The notes under the pieces: generated by a model
Seen by the model: the letters and a program-made list of their open reading frames with translations, nothing else
Databases searched by the model: none
Told to the model about the DNA's origin: nothing
Shown: one piece after another, positions 51,008 to 64,000 of the stretch
How positions within the stretch are numbered: position 1 is the first letter of the stretch
Layout of the letters: each line of letters opens with the position of its first letter
Assembly: GCF_006345805.1 (NCBI RefSeq)
Contig: NC_043002.1
Span: forward strand, 98,890,001-98,954,000
Length of the DNA: 64,000 bases
Reading direction: 5' to 3'
Source: Octopus sinensis
Lineage: Eukaryota
Made by a program: the position numbers and the translations under genes

Positions 51008-51842
51008 TGTCGACTTTGCCTTTCATCATTGCAGGGTCAATAAATTAAGTACCAATTATGCACTGGGGTCGATATAATCGCCTTAATCCGTTTGTCTATC
51101 CTCGTTTGTCCTCTCTGTGTTTAGCCCCTTCTGGGTAGTAAAGAAATAAGTATTTCTTCTGCCGCTACGTTCTGAGTTCAAATTCCGCCGAGGTCGACTT
51201 TGCCTTTCATTATTTCGGGATCGATAAATCAAGTACCAGTTGTGTACTGGAGTCAGTCGAATTGACAGGCCCTCTCCTCTAAAATTTCAGGCCTTGTGCC
51301 TATAAGAAAAAGTATTATTAATTTAAGGCGGCGAGCCTTTCATCCTTTCGGGATCAATAAATTAAGTACCATTTACGCACTGGAGTCGATGTAAACGACT
51401 TAATCCCTTTGTCTGGACTTGTCTGTCTTCTCTATGTTTAGCCCCTTGTGGGCAATAAAGAAATAAGAAACGTTAGTACGCCCAGCGATATGCTTAGCGG
51501 TATTTCGTCTGCCGTTGCGTTCTGAGTTCAAATTCCTCTGGAGTCGACTTTGCCTTTCATCCTTTCGGGGTCGATTAAATAAGTACCAGTTACTCCCTGG
51601 GGTCGATGTAATCGACTTAATCCGTTTGTCTGTCCTTGTTTGACCGCTCTGTGTTTAGCCCCTTGTGGGTAGTAAAGAAATAGGTATTTCGTCTGTCTTT
51701 ATATTCTGAGTTCAAATTCCGTTGAGGTCAACTTTGCCTTTCTTCCTTTCTGGGTCGATGAATTAAGTACCAGTTGCCTACTGGGGGTCGATCTAACCGA
51801 CTGCCCCCTCCCCCAAAATTTCGCGCCTTGTGCTTTGAGTAT
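51008..51842 (+). mobile_element. Head-to-tail multimer of SINE family A (five core domains)
   Basis: GCCTTTCAT..GG-TC-AT-AA-T-AGTACCA core near 51012, 51196, 51335, 51545 and 51728. Confidence 0.88.
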
Positions 51843-52484
51843 AAAAGTATATAACTAAACATATAAACAAACATTAACGTACACACACACAATACACACA
51901 TTATATATATATATATATATATATATATCACACATATAGATCTGTAAATACAGGCATAACAACTGCATATACCACTAACTTACACACCCTCACATACATA
52001 TATAAGTAAATTTCGCGGAACACGTATTTCTTTGATTGCGTCATTGTAAAGTAGTAGATCTGATTTAAAATATTTCTTTCACAGAATTATCTGATTTTGT
52101 CACACCCTAATAATGTGATACTAGAAAACTGAGTGCAATTATAGTAAACAAGATATATACTAACGTCATACTTTACATACAGGTCATAAAGTCTTAAATT
52201 GTATCATTTCATTTCCAAGAATTGATTAAATTTTCGATTTGCAACTGCATGCTAATTCCGGTGTTTCGAATTACTTCGAGTGAACCTCGACCATTGTCAA
52301 AATACATTCGTTATGGAAAACCCTGATTAGTCGAAGTGAAGCTGATCAACCATCAATACGTTCCAGTTGTATTCATCTAGTTGTTTTATTTTATCCTATA
52401 TTGTAACAACATTTTGTATCCTGCAGTCATAAAGGAAGCAATGCTAATCCCTCTTTTACGATTTGTCTAATACTGGAGGCAGGG

Positions 52485-52870
52485 TGGAGGCGCAATGTCC
52501 CAGTGGTTAGGGCAGCGGACTCGCGGTCATAGGATCGCGGTTTTGATTCCCAGACCGGGCGTTGTGAGTGTTTATTGAGCGAAAACACCTAAAAGCTCCA
52601 CGAGGCTCCGGCAGGGGATGGTGGTGATCCCTGCTGTACTCTTTCACCACAACTTTCTCTCACTCTTACTTCCTGTTTCTGTTGTACCTGTATTTCAAAG
52701 GGCCGGACTTGTCACTCACTGTGTCACGCTGAATATCCCCGAGAACTACGTTAAGGGTGCACGTGTCTGTGGAGTGCTCAGCCACTAACACGTTAATTTC
52801 ACGAGCAGGCTGTTCCGTTGATTCGGATCAACCGGAACCCTCATCGTCGTAACCGACGGAGTGCTTCCAC
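52485..52870 (+). mobile_element. SINE family C, full length, 13 bp TSD
   Basis: ACTGGAGGCAGGG at 52472-52484 and 52871-52883; tRNA-like A and B boxes. Confidence 0.92.
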
Positions 52871-52904
52871 ACTGGAGGCAGGGAGGAAAGTATCGTGGCC
52901 AAGT

Positions 52905-53290
52905 GTAGCCGTGGCTATGTGGTAAGAAGTTTTACTTCCCAACCATATGGTTGCCGGTTCAATCTTACTGCGTGACACCTTGGGCAGCGGTGTCTTCTAT
53001 TATAGCTTTGGATTGACCAAAGTCTTGTGAGTGGATTTAATAGACGGAAACAGAGAGAAGCCTGTCGTATGTATACGTATATATTTATGTGTGTGTATTT
53101 GTGTCTGTATTCACCCTCCCTACCACTACCACTTGATAAACAGTATTAGTGTGTTTACTTCCTCGAGATTTAGCGGTTCGGTAACGGCAACTGACTAAAT
53201 AAGTATCAGGCTTTAACAAATATAAGCACTGAGGTTGTTTTGTTCGACTAAAACTTTTCAAGTCTGATGACTGAAACAAGTGAAAGACAA
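52905..53290 (+). mobile_element. SINE family B, diverged
   Basis: GTGGCTATGTGGTAAGAAG head, GACACCTTGGGCAG segment and tail. Confidence 0.8.
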
Positions 53291-53469
53291 AAATCGTAGC
53301 CCTTGCCGAAATGCTTGTAACAGAGTGGATTCTGCTAAAGACAACCCAAGAGCCAGGAAGTATTATCAAACCGGGAGACAAACAATGTCTACTACTTCTG
53401 AATTTGAAATCAGAACGCAAAATAGCGGAACAAATATCGAAACAGATCCTGGTCCCACGTTCTTATAAT

Positions 53470-53630
53470 TCTGTTAATTCACAGCCTTGGATTGATACTT
53501 ATTTCGTGTGCTCCTACAGTATGAAAGGTAAAACTGATATCGACGGAGTTGAAACTCAGAGCTTGGAGACTCGAGGCAAATAACGCCAGATATTTTATCC
53601 GACGCTCTAACGACTCTGCAATTTCGCCAC
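53470..53630 (-). mobile_element. SINE family A, diverged
   Basis: ATGAAAGGTAAAA..GACGGAGTTGAAACTCAGAGC..CGACGCTCTAACGACTCTGC. Confidence 0.65.
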
Positions 53631-55229
53631 TTCTGTAGGGTTATATTGTGGAAACTTCTATTTTACTGCCTCAATTGCTATATGTAACAGTCAAATATCC
53701 TTCTCGAAGATTAGGGTATATTGGTCAATATAGTAATGAATAGATTAATAGTTACACTTGAAGCTCCATTGATCACAGACCTATTCATTCTATGGGCTCT
53801 GATTAGGAATTAAGCAAAACATAACAACAACGACGACGACAATAACAACAAAAGAAGAACTCGTATACTTACAGAAATAAATTTGGTATCAAACCTATAT
53901 ATGAATGAACAAATACTTCGATCCCTTCTAAAATTGTTTATTACTATCAGTTATAGGAAACCCGTTCGTCTTTAATCCGTTATCATTTAGCAACAAACAC
54001 TATAAAATAATTTTTATGGATCTCATGGTCGCAAAGTATGAAATTCACAGCCAATAATAGATATATCAATATCTCAGTAATGGAGAACTTCTTCAAGCAA
54101 ATAAAAATTTAAACACGCTTTTACACATGAATTGGCTTTATTCTAAATTGACAATTTTGTATTAGTTGTGTACCGGTTTTAGATTGAAAGAATAGCAAGG
54201 GTGACCCATAAATAATGTTACTTCCTTTATTTTTCTCTTGTCCACCGTCACAAAACCATCGTCATTTTTATTCACCATGACTTCCTCCTCCTCCTCACCC
54301 CTTCATCATCATAATCGAGAATCTCTATACATAATGGAAAATATCTAAGAGTTAATTTTGAAGTGAAAAAAACCGCCTGCAGCTGTAATAATAACACTTG
54401 TTCTCCAGCTTTATAAAATGTTATTTGTCACCAAGTTGGGTTGAAGGACTACGTATTGATTCTTCGTATCTCTCTTTCGAGTTTTATTGACTCGCCGTAA
54501 GTACTTTCTCTTTTAGTTTGTTGTGTAGAAGCAAGCAATGACCTTCTAACGTACAGAGAGATATTTGCTATGGACTGGAGTTACGGAAGAAATTGCGATG
54601 CCTGTTTTATATTTGCTGTGCCACCAAAACTGGAGCTGATAGTAAAGAAGGAAGAAAATATAACTGGAAGCAGCGGATGAAGATATCGAGTTGTCGTCAG
54701 ATAGAGGACCTAATCCCAATGTTTGTAATACAATGGGCTTCGATTAAGACATTCAAGCTTCCAGTGGTGGCGCTAGACAGTGCAACGTATTGTCTACCAT
54801 TCTCAAAACAGGCACAGTCCATCTGATGGCTGCATAGCTTTGATTTCTCCAGTTTCGCTCCCTAGTCTTCAGCTGATCTGAGAATATGTTAAGAGACACT
54901 TGTCGATGATGTTATGCAGTAAAAGAGAACCCAGGCCCACAGGATTACGAAGAGAACTTCTTAATCAAAAGGCTAAGCCTGTTGTTCTCAATGTAACGTT
55001 TAACGCTTGACATTCAAAATTCGAATTCTCTCCCTTAATTGGATTTGAGTTCGCGTGAACATAGTATTGTGCGATCAATCAGTCACGTTTGGAAATTAAT
55101 AAAGTTGTTTTTATAACGCAGCGGATAGTAACCGAGAGAGATCCTAGTACGGATAACTAATTTTCTCAAACACCTACATTACATTAAACGCCTATTATAT
55201 ACTGTAGGAAGCAAAGGTAGTAAAGCCAA

Positions 55230-55353
55230 TGAGCATGACGACGACGACGACGACGACGGCAATGACGGCGTTACAACGAAGACGACCACTACTGTGATGA
55301 TGAAGATGAAGTAGTAGTAGTAGTAGTAGCAACAGAAGTAGTAGTAGAGAAAG

Positions 55354-55400
<47 letters not shown>

Positions 55401-55426
55401 CATTATCATCATCATCATCATCATCA

Positions 55427-55466
<40 letters not shown>

Positions 55467-55498
55467 CATTATCAGTGTTATTATTATTATTATTATCA

Positions 55499-55562
<64 letters not shown>

Positions 55563-55641
55563 CATTATCAGTGTTATTATTATTATTATTATCAGTGTTA
55601 TTTTTATTATTATTATCATCAGTGTTATATTATTATTATTA

Positions 55642-55673
<32 letters not shown>

Positions 55674-55915
55674 TTATTATTATTATCATTATCAGTGTTA
55701 TTATTATTATTATCAGTGTTATTATTATTATATTATTATTATTATTATTATTATTACTATTATTATTATTATTTATTATTATTATTATTATTATCATTAT
55801 CATCATCATCATCATCATCATCATTATTATTATATTATTATTATTATTATTATTATTATTATCATTATTATCAGTGTTATTATTATTATTATTATCATCA
55901 TTATTATTATTATTA

Positions 55916-55960
<45 letters not shown>

Positions 55961-56027
55961 CATTATCAGTGTTATTATTATTATATTATTATCAGTGTTA
56001 TTTTTATTATTATTATCATCAGTGTTA

Positions 56028-56071
<44 letters not shown>

Positions 56072-56112
56072 TTATTATTATTATCATTATCAGTGTTATT
56101 ATTATTATTATC

Positions 56113-56159
<47 letters not shown>

Positions 56160-56191
56160 TATTATTATTATTATTAATATCATCATCATCA

Positions 56192-56231
<40 letters not shown>

Positions 56232-56263
56232 CATTATCAGTGTTATTATTATTATTATTATCA

Positions 56264-56327
<64 letters not shown>

Positions 56328-56385
56328 CATTATCAGTGTTATTATTATTATTATTATCAGTGTTATTTTTATTATTATTATCATC

Positions 56386-56437
<52 letters not shown>

Positions 56438-56478
56438 TTATTATTATTATCATTATCAGTGTTATTATTATTATTATC

Positions 56479-56525
<47 letters not shown>

Positions 56526-56557
56526 TATTATTATTATTATTAATATCATCATCATCA

Positions 56558-56618
<61 letters not shown>

Positions 56619-56670
56619 CATTATCAGTGTTATTATTATTATTATCAGTGTTATTGTTATTATTATTATC

Positions 56671-56708
<38 letters not shown>

Positions 56709-56935
56709 TATTATGAAGTATTTGCAGTAGCAGTAGAAGAAGAAAAAGGAGGAGGAGAAGGAGAAGGGTAGGAGGAAAAAGGAAAAGAAAGAGGAAGAGG
56801 AAGGGGAGGAAGAGGAGAAGAAGAGAAGAAGAAGAAGAAGAAGAAGAAGAAGAAGGAGAAGAAGAAGAAGAAGAAGAAGAAGAAGAAGAAGAAGAAGAAG
56901 AAGAATAAGAAGAAGAAGAAGAAGAAGAAGAATAC
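55230..56935. repeat. 1.7 kb trinucleotide repeat complex: (GAC)n, (GTA)n, (TAT)n with ATCAGTG interruptions, (GAA)n
   Basis: Direct reading; explains all long ORFs between 55179 and 57093. Confidence 0.97.
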
Positions 56936-57171
56936 ATGCGGAGAAATGAAGATTTGGAAGATAACATTGCCGTCAATGATGATGACGAAGAAACAACCAG
57001 AGAAAACAAAGGGACAGGAAGGGAAAGTGGAAGAGGGAGAGGAAAAAAATTACGAAAGACGAGAAAAAGAAAAAAAGGGACAGACATTATCATTATTCGA
57101 AGACCATTTCAATATTAAAGTAGTAAACTATTGGACAAGAATTATCAGTAGAAAATATATTTAAGTAAATC

Positions 57172-57372
57172 GTCCTTTCTACTATAGGCACAAGGCTTGA
57201 CATTTTGGGGAGGGGTTAAGTTGATTACAGTACTCAACTGGTACTTAATTTATCGATCCTGTAAGGATGAAATGCGAAGTTGGCATCGGCGGAATTTGAA
57301 CTCAGAACGTAAAGACTGACGAAAGGCGGTTAAGCATTTTGTCCGGCGTGCTAACGACTCTGCTAACTCGCT
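57172..57372 (-). mobile_element. SINE family A
   Basis: Reverse complement of the tail, core and head. Confidence 0.8.
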
Positions 57373-59399
57373 GTTCTATTTTCAAGTAAATAGCATCAGA
57401 TATAAACATAAGCGACTCTATGTCTTTGAATAACGAATTGACGCAACATACCTATGATTAAATATCAACTAACGGAACTTCAGAATGTAAAATATACAAA
57501 TACACACCAGAGAAAAATCATTGCCAGACGAAATAAACGGAGCTTTTGACAAACGGATAATAAGAAAAAAAAATTCAACGAAATTATTAACTAGTAGATT
57601 AGACGCCAAAGTATTTCATTTTACCACGATCGCTTTGCGATACAAGGAGAGGACAAAACTAAAAATATATTGGGCATTACTATATGGTTGCAAGTCAACA
57701 CCCTTGCATGCGCACGTGCACACTCAAACGCATGTAAGCAACTACAAACGTACTTGGACAGAGATGCACACACAAACATACATATGAGACGAAAAAGCTG
57801 TTGATTCCCTCTGCCGAAATGAAGAGTCTCAGCCACATTCAATCGTTCAATGAAAATCACTGAGCAGCAATGAAGTGAATTAACTTGCATTTCTAAAGAA
57901 ATAAACTCTACTATATATGTTGAGTACTCTTTCACTCTTTTGGTAACCAAAATATATAATTACATTAAGTATATAAAACATAATTGCACACACACACTTA
58001 CACTCATCTCTCTCTATATATATTTGAATAAACCTAAATCCAAACTTGGTATTTTGAATACATTTAATATCCGTGTTTCTTGTAGTTTTAAGATAATTTT
58101 TACATACGATTATCTTCTTCAGTCGGCATTTCAAATTATAGAGTTTACTAATATAGAATATAGAGGAAGGCTGGAGGGAGTTTAAGTAAATAAGTAAGTG
58201 AATGAGTCGATACATGATCAAACAGACAATAAATCGGAAAGGCTGATAATGATCAGAAAAAGAAAAAGAAAAAGGAGAGAAAGGAAGAGAGGAAAAAAGA
58301 AAGCACAATAGAGAAAAAAGCCAAAGAAGACCAGAGGCAGAGAAAATTAGGCACCTATGAAGTGGCTAAAATTAAAGAGGAATACTAAGAAGCAAAACAG
58401 AAAAAGGGCCATCGAATATAAGATTAAATTAGTCATTAGGATATAAAAAAATGCAAGAAAGGAAGAAAAGAAGAAAGGAAGAAAGGAGGAAAGGTTAAAT
58501 GATTCAGACCATGGCTATTGGTGTGTGTTTAACCACAATTATTTTAGTATCATTGACTTGCTATTTAAAGTAAATAGGGAAGTGAAATCTCACAAACATA
58601 CAGATCCACACAAATACCTCCGTATACATAAATATACATGAGCATAGATAGACCAATATGCCTGCATGTTAAGGAATATTATTAGTAGAGTAATAATGTA
58701 CATGATAGATAAAGATAAATACAATAAAAATGGTTTTGAATTTTAAAAAAACTATAAATATACTAAAGTAGAATAAAGATGGAGTGAGATGAGATAAGGC
58801 GAAATGTTAAGTGAATTACGAAAGAAGCAGTCTATAAGGGAATGATGCAAAAGAAATTTGAAAATATGAATTAGAACCGTATCCTGCAGGTAGCTGTTCA
58901 ATATATATGTCTATCAGTGTCTGTAGAAAAGCTATTACAGATATTGGGAGCATTTGGTGCGAGAGAAGTAAAGTTACTTAGTGAAGGTGTTATTAATATG
59001 TCGAAACCTTGCTAGGCTTTCAAAAAACTATGTAAAACGCCTTGGTAATTTATCAGTCTAGATTCAGAAGGATTAAATGCCTATCATATGTATTTTGAGT
59101 GAAGGAAAGGAATATCCAAGAAACCTCTCAAAGTATCAGATACTGTATAAATAAAATAAACATACCGTATTCAGTATGGAATACACACACAAACGTACAC
59201 ACACACATGCATACCCCCCGCCACGCATTCAGACATGTGTATATATGTAATGTGGAAAAGTGGTTAAAGGTTTCTTTGCAATAAAGGATTGCAATAATTT
59301 TAGAAAACGTAAAAAAATCAAAATAAGTGAAATATTTTCTTTGGATATATCAAATATTTTCAACTCTCTGTCTCACACATATACACATATATTTCCATA

Positions 59400-59448
59400 A
59401 CGTCCGTATACATGTATGTATGTATGTATGTGTGTAATATATATATAT

Positions 59449-59491
<43 letters not shown>

Positions 59492-59506
59492 ATATATATA
59501 TATATA

Positions 59507-59549
<43 letters not shown>

Positions 59550-59637
59550 ATATATATAAATATATATTGTGTATATATATAAATATATATTTATGTATGT
59601 ATATATAATTATATGTATATATATATATATCCATCCA

Positions 59638-59681
<44 letters not shown>

Positions 59682-59844
59682 AATCTATCTATCTATCTAT
59701 ATATATATATAATATATATATATATATACACACCCACACACACATACATGTATTCTATTATTTTCTATTCTTTTATATATGTATATTTATTTGTATAAAT
59801 GCGTACATACGTACGTACACACATACACACAAACATATACACAT

Positions 59845-59884
<40 letters not shown>

Positions 59885-59890
59885 ATAGCT
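59400..59890. repeat. Microsatellite cluster (TA)n, (TG)n, (TCTA)n, (CA)n
   Basis: Direct reading. Confidence 0.93.
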
Positions 59891-60339
59891 TAATGGATAC
59901 ATATCCCCACTATATCACAGAAAGAATTGAATAAATAACTTTGGAAATTTACAATAACATCTATATGATTACACGATATATATGTTACAGAAATGAACAT
60001 ATGAAATAAATCATGCAATACAAATATGAGTCTATACCTAATTAGAAGCTAGACTGTAAACTTCCCTGACAACCCTATGGGACATCGGCCGTCAGTAGCA
60101 TTCGTTTGAAAAATGATTGTACTGGAAGCTGTATTGGTGCTATAGTAATTGAATTCCGAAGACTAGTATTGACATGTGGTTACGGTTCGAGACGCTAAAA
60201 CCGAAGGAAAAATCGGGTTAACTGTAATATATTTCCTAAAGCTTTTATATTTCGAAGGAATCCCACTGAGTTATCTGTATATGCATAAATGCTTACAAAC
60301 ACACACACACACACGCACAATCAAACAAACATCCACATA

Positions 60340-60736
60340 TCTTTATATATAAAAGAGAAGTTGTGTGTCTGTCTCCTACGATTTAGATTCCTAACTACTC
60401 CCACATTTTGCGGTGCAGTTTAACCAAAACCGGGTATCTTATAGTCGTGATTCATATCGAGCCCTTCTGGGTATTAGCGCGCGTCTACGGTGAGTCTACG
60501 ATTAAAAAAGAATTTACCATCATTTGTTTTCCATTTTAATGCATTTTTTCGCTATTATATAAGGGAAGTAACTCTCTAAAAATGTCTACGATGAGTCAAC
60601 GATTTTTAAAAAATTAACCATCATTTGTTTTCCATTCTTAATGCATTTTTTTGCTATTTTTTGGCTATAACTCTCTAAAAATGCTTATATAGTTATTTCC
60701 CTTACAAACCCGAGCAACGCCGGGCGATACTACTAG
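60340..60736 (+). mobile_element. Non-autonomous Helitron with internal tandem duplication
   Basis: A/TCTTTATATATAAAAG 5' end; same 3' end as 39428-39782 (CCCGAGCAACGCCGGG..CTAG/T). Confidence 0.82.
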
Positions 60737-60959
60737 TATTGTGTAAAGCAAGGCTATTACTGGTACCAGCAAAATGATTTCTATCGAGTGAGATAAGAAA
60801 TATCATTTAATAAACACTTGATTTACATATACAAGCTTACCCGACTACTATACTATCAGAACCCGAAACTTATATTAACACACATTTAGATCTTGTGTTT
60901 ATTAAATGATAAGTTTTGGCCAGTTAAGCAAGCATTTAAATTCATCTTGATTTTATATA

Positions 60960-61480
60960 CCGTAAATCTTCGAGTATAATCCGCCCTTTTTTCCCAAAAT
61001 TTTAAGATCAAAATTCCTAGTGCGTACTATATACGAGGCTAAAATGGAAAATATTTTCTAAGCAATGTCTAAGTCTCTATTTGCTGTCCGGCAATATTTA
61101 TTCAGACGCATTTTGTGATGTTGGGCGCGAAAATACCTTAAGCTAAACCCGAAAGCATTGAAGTCGTAAAAGAATCGTCCATAACTTGCAGTAAGCAACA
61201 TTTATTAAAATAATAGTATTCAGAACACAGAATAGCATGTAACAAAAACAATTTTCAAACATATTTACATTCCTAATTAACAATTAAGAACATCACTATT
61301 ATTGTATTACGCATGCGCGGAAGTGCTTGTTCGACTAGGTGCTGCTGGCTTAATTACGCCAGACTCAAGTTAGAGAAGTGGTGCGTATAATACACACTGT
61401 TCAGGTTTTTCAGAGGTACAGCCCCCTAAAAATTCCCTGCGTATTATATTGAAAGGCGGACTATACTCGAGGATTCACGG
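60960..61480. mobile_element. Tc1/mariner-superfamily (pogo/Tigger-like) MITE, 521 bp
   Basis: TA-CCGTAAATCTTCGAGTATAATCCGC and GCGGACTATACTCGAGGATTCACGG-TA. Confidence 0.82.
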
Positions 61481-62575
61481 TAGTCTCTATTGAATTAAAA
61501 TTTCTGGGGTTGTTGAATAATAATTAGATTGCGGATTAGATGGTGAAGAAGTGTTGTGGAAAGCATTTATTGATTAATTTTTGGGTTGTTCTATTTTTTA
61601 AATTATATTCATGCTTATAGAACTTTGCTATCAGGTGTGTCTATTTAGGTGCGTCGGCTTCAGGCCATGATGCTGATTTTTAGGGTATATTAGTAGCCGG
61701 AGGAGGTTAGTTGGTCAGTAGATGTCCAAATAAGATTAGTAGTTCCTTTTATTCGGATACTAATGGAAGATGTAATCTTTTTCCGGGAATGTGAAAGTTA
61801 AAGATCAGAGCTCAGACCAACCAGTATGTAAATATTGGTAATTCGGTTTGTTTACTCAGGTGCGTCAGCCGTTAGGTAATGAGTGGTTGGGCTCGTAATA
61901 GAATGTACGTATTTGTTAAGTGTAGTACATACTCGAACTCGCGTACATTTCGGTAAAAGATACGCCAAAGCAAGTGCCAATCTTAAAATGATAAATACTG
62001 AGGCCACTTTATTCGAGTAAAATTCTTCAAGTCGGTGCCTCAGCAGCATAGCCGTAATGAAATGACTGAAAGAATTAAAAAAGAAAAAGATTTAAAAATA
62101 TATTTTATTTTTATTTGTTACAGTCTTTGGGCCGCGGCCATGCTTGAGCACTGCCTTAAGCAGAGAGACGTACATGCAGATAGATAGACAAACACACACA
62201 CATACACAGACACACAGACACACAAGTATATACACACATTCGAACCATTGTGGAAGTTCTTTTATTTGCTCTGCCAATAGGGATAATATTTCTCCAATTT
62301 GTCTTTTCAATAAGAATGCTGAAAGACATATTGTATGACAATTACACGCAGAAATACTTTTGCTACAAATGATTTACTTAAATTCCAATACAAGCACAAC
62401 AGGCTATAGAATTCCATAGGTTTTACATTCACACCAATTGATTGAAATACAATGTGAATCACTGGATTTCCCTTATATACATTTTCCATTCATTATATTT
62501 ACGAAAGGAATTGCTTTTAAAACATTGGTAAATATTTTTATTGACTTTGAAAGCCAATCCATGGATTGAAAGTGC

Positions 62576-62646
62576 ACAATTACAATACTGGCAATCCAGA
62601 GTTTTGTAGTGTAGCAAAAAATCTGGATTGCCTGTTTTGAAATTGT
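62576..62646. ncRNA. Isolated pre-miRNA-like hairpin (candidate only)
   Basis: ACAATT-a-CAATAC-t-GGCAATCCAGA-g-TTTTG / CAAAA-aa-TCTGGATTGCC-t-GTTTTG-a-AATTGT; about 27 bp stem, 8 nt loop. Confidence 0.3.
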
Positions 62647-63524
62647 TGAACTCCGACCATAGACTATTATGACTTACTTAAAACGAACCGCTCGGATATT
62701 TTTGTTTTCCTGTTTAGCTGTTTTACTTATGTTTATATGTGATAGTGGTCAATATTTTTGATTAAGAACGAGCTCTACGCAAATAAATCGCTCTTGAATT
62801 ACACCATGAGGATCAAAATTGCGGTAGGGACAATGTAACTACTAACGGAATTCGGCAAAAGTACACACACTCAAACATATACACACATACGACAGATTCA
62901 CACACACATTCATATATACACGTTGGAATATGTTGAATAAATTACAAGAATTACAAACGCCATATAAAAAAAGGGAAACCGTGAAAAACGAATGAAAAGC
63001 ACCTAATATGCTCAATACACGTTATAGAGGATATTGTCTTTTTTTTTTATCGAAACCGTTTCACGCACTTGCCACTTTTAGGCGAGAACTGGTAGGACTC
63101 GATATTGGTTGTGTATTTATATCATTTGCGGTGTGTGTATGTGTGTGTGTGTGGTGTGTGTGTGTGTTTGTGTGTGTGTGCATGTGTGTATATCTATGTA
63201 TGTCTATGTGCCTGTGTTTGTTCATTGGCTTGCATTTCGGATTTATTGATTAGGTGATTTTCATTGGTTGCTCGTGGTTTCTTTTTTGATGTGGCGTTTG
63301 TAATTATTGTCATTGTAAGTGTGATGGTTTGTTATTAAGCTCCTTAGTGTTTATTTGTGATTATCTATCTACCTATCAATCTATCTGTCTGCATACCAAA
63401 CTATCTATCTATTTATCTACTTATATATAAATATATATATGTATATATGTACGTATATGTATGTAATTTATATATATATATATATGCATAATTATATACA
63501 TACATACATGCATACATACATACA

Positions 63525-63574
<50 letters not shown>

Positions 63575-63670
63575 AATAATATAGGATGAAATTAATTAAT
63601 TTGGAATAATCATTAATTTCACCAAGTAGATTTCGGCATGTAAAAGCCTCATTCGAGGAAAGTTTAAGTA

Positions 63671-63873
63671 ATACTAAGTAATTAAGGGTTTAGCAACGAT
63701 TTGCCTCACCACACACCGAATTTAGAAATAACAGTCAAAGAGTTATAGCATTCTTTCTACTAAAAGGGAGATCTCCCTTTTAGTAGAAAGAATAGCTATA
63801 ACTCTTTGACTGCTATTTCCAAATTCGGTGTGTGGTGAGGCAAATCGTTGCTAAACCCTTAATTACTTAGTAT
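63671..63873. repeat. Spacerless palindrome (101/102 bp arms) between (TA)n tracts
   Basis: Centre GGGAGA/TCTCCC at 63766-63777; few mismatches. Confidence 0.95.
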
Positions 63874-64000
63874 ATATATATACCTGTATGTATGCTCATG
63901 GGGCCAAATGGGACCATGGATGCACACAGAATGCATATCTTAAACAGTTGTAAGTCGAAAATACATAAATAAATGTATAAAACCCATTATTTAATGCCTA

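Noticed and set aside
52485-52560. tRNA-like sequences at SINE heads
   Set aside because: They keep A and B boxes but no complete cloverleaf, and run directly into SINE bodies; not tRNA genes.
55179-57093. Long ORFs of 146-413 aa (poly-I/L/Y/N/S)
   Set aside because: They are translations of (TAT)n/(GAA)n repeats, which lack stops in some frames; open on both strands.
58085-58125. CUGAAGA followed by a 7 bp stem on the minus strand
   Set aside because: GAAA is replaced by UAAA, and helices I and III cannot form.

Overview
AT-rich, repeat-dominated eukaryotic DNA. The SINE families, microsatellite load and transposon mix best fit a cephalopod (Octopus-like) intron or intergenic region; this is inference from repeat motifs. 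No intact protein-coding gene is visible, and almost all ORFs in the supplied track are microsatellite or transposon artefacts. The window holds about 25 tRNA-headed SINE copies in three modular families, a full-length but broken mariner, several mariner, hAT and TcMar derivatives, four complete non-autonomous Helitrons, CR1-like and RLE-type LINE fragments, and several Penelope-like (RT + GIY-YIG) remnants. The main unannotated signal is a set of type I hammerhead ribozyme (HHR) motifs. Five have canonical or near-canonical cores (9620-9662, 9704-9746, 10502-10566, 25370-25468, 38929-39016). Two swap the 3-8 tertiary pair (G3-C8 at 44686-44731; A3-U8 at 49498-49536). Several sit in 100-200 bp fold-back inverted repeats next to (TA)n tracts. 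Weaker signals: a coding-like minus-strand exon (14615-14830) with a slippery T9 run, other candidate exons on both strands, and a pre-miRNA-like hairpin at 62576-62646. All folding and alignment was done by eye; ends without a stated TIR or TSD are approximate.
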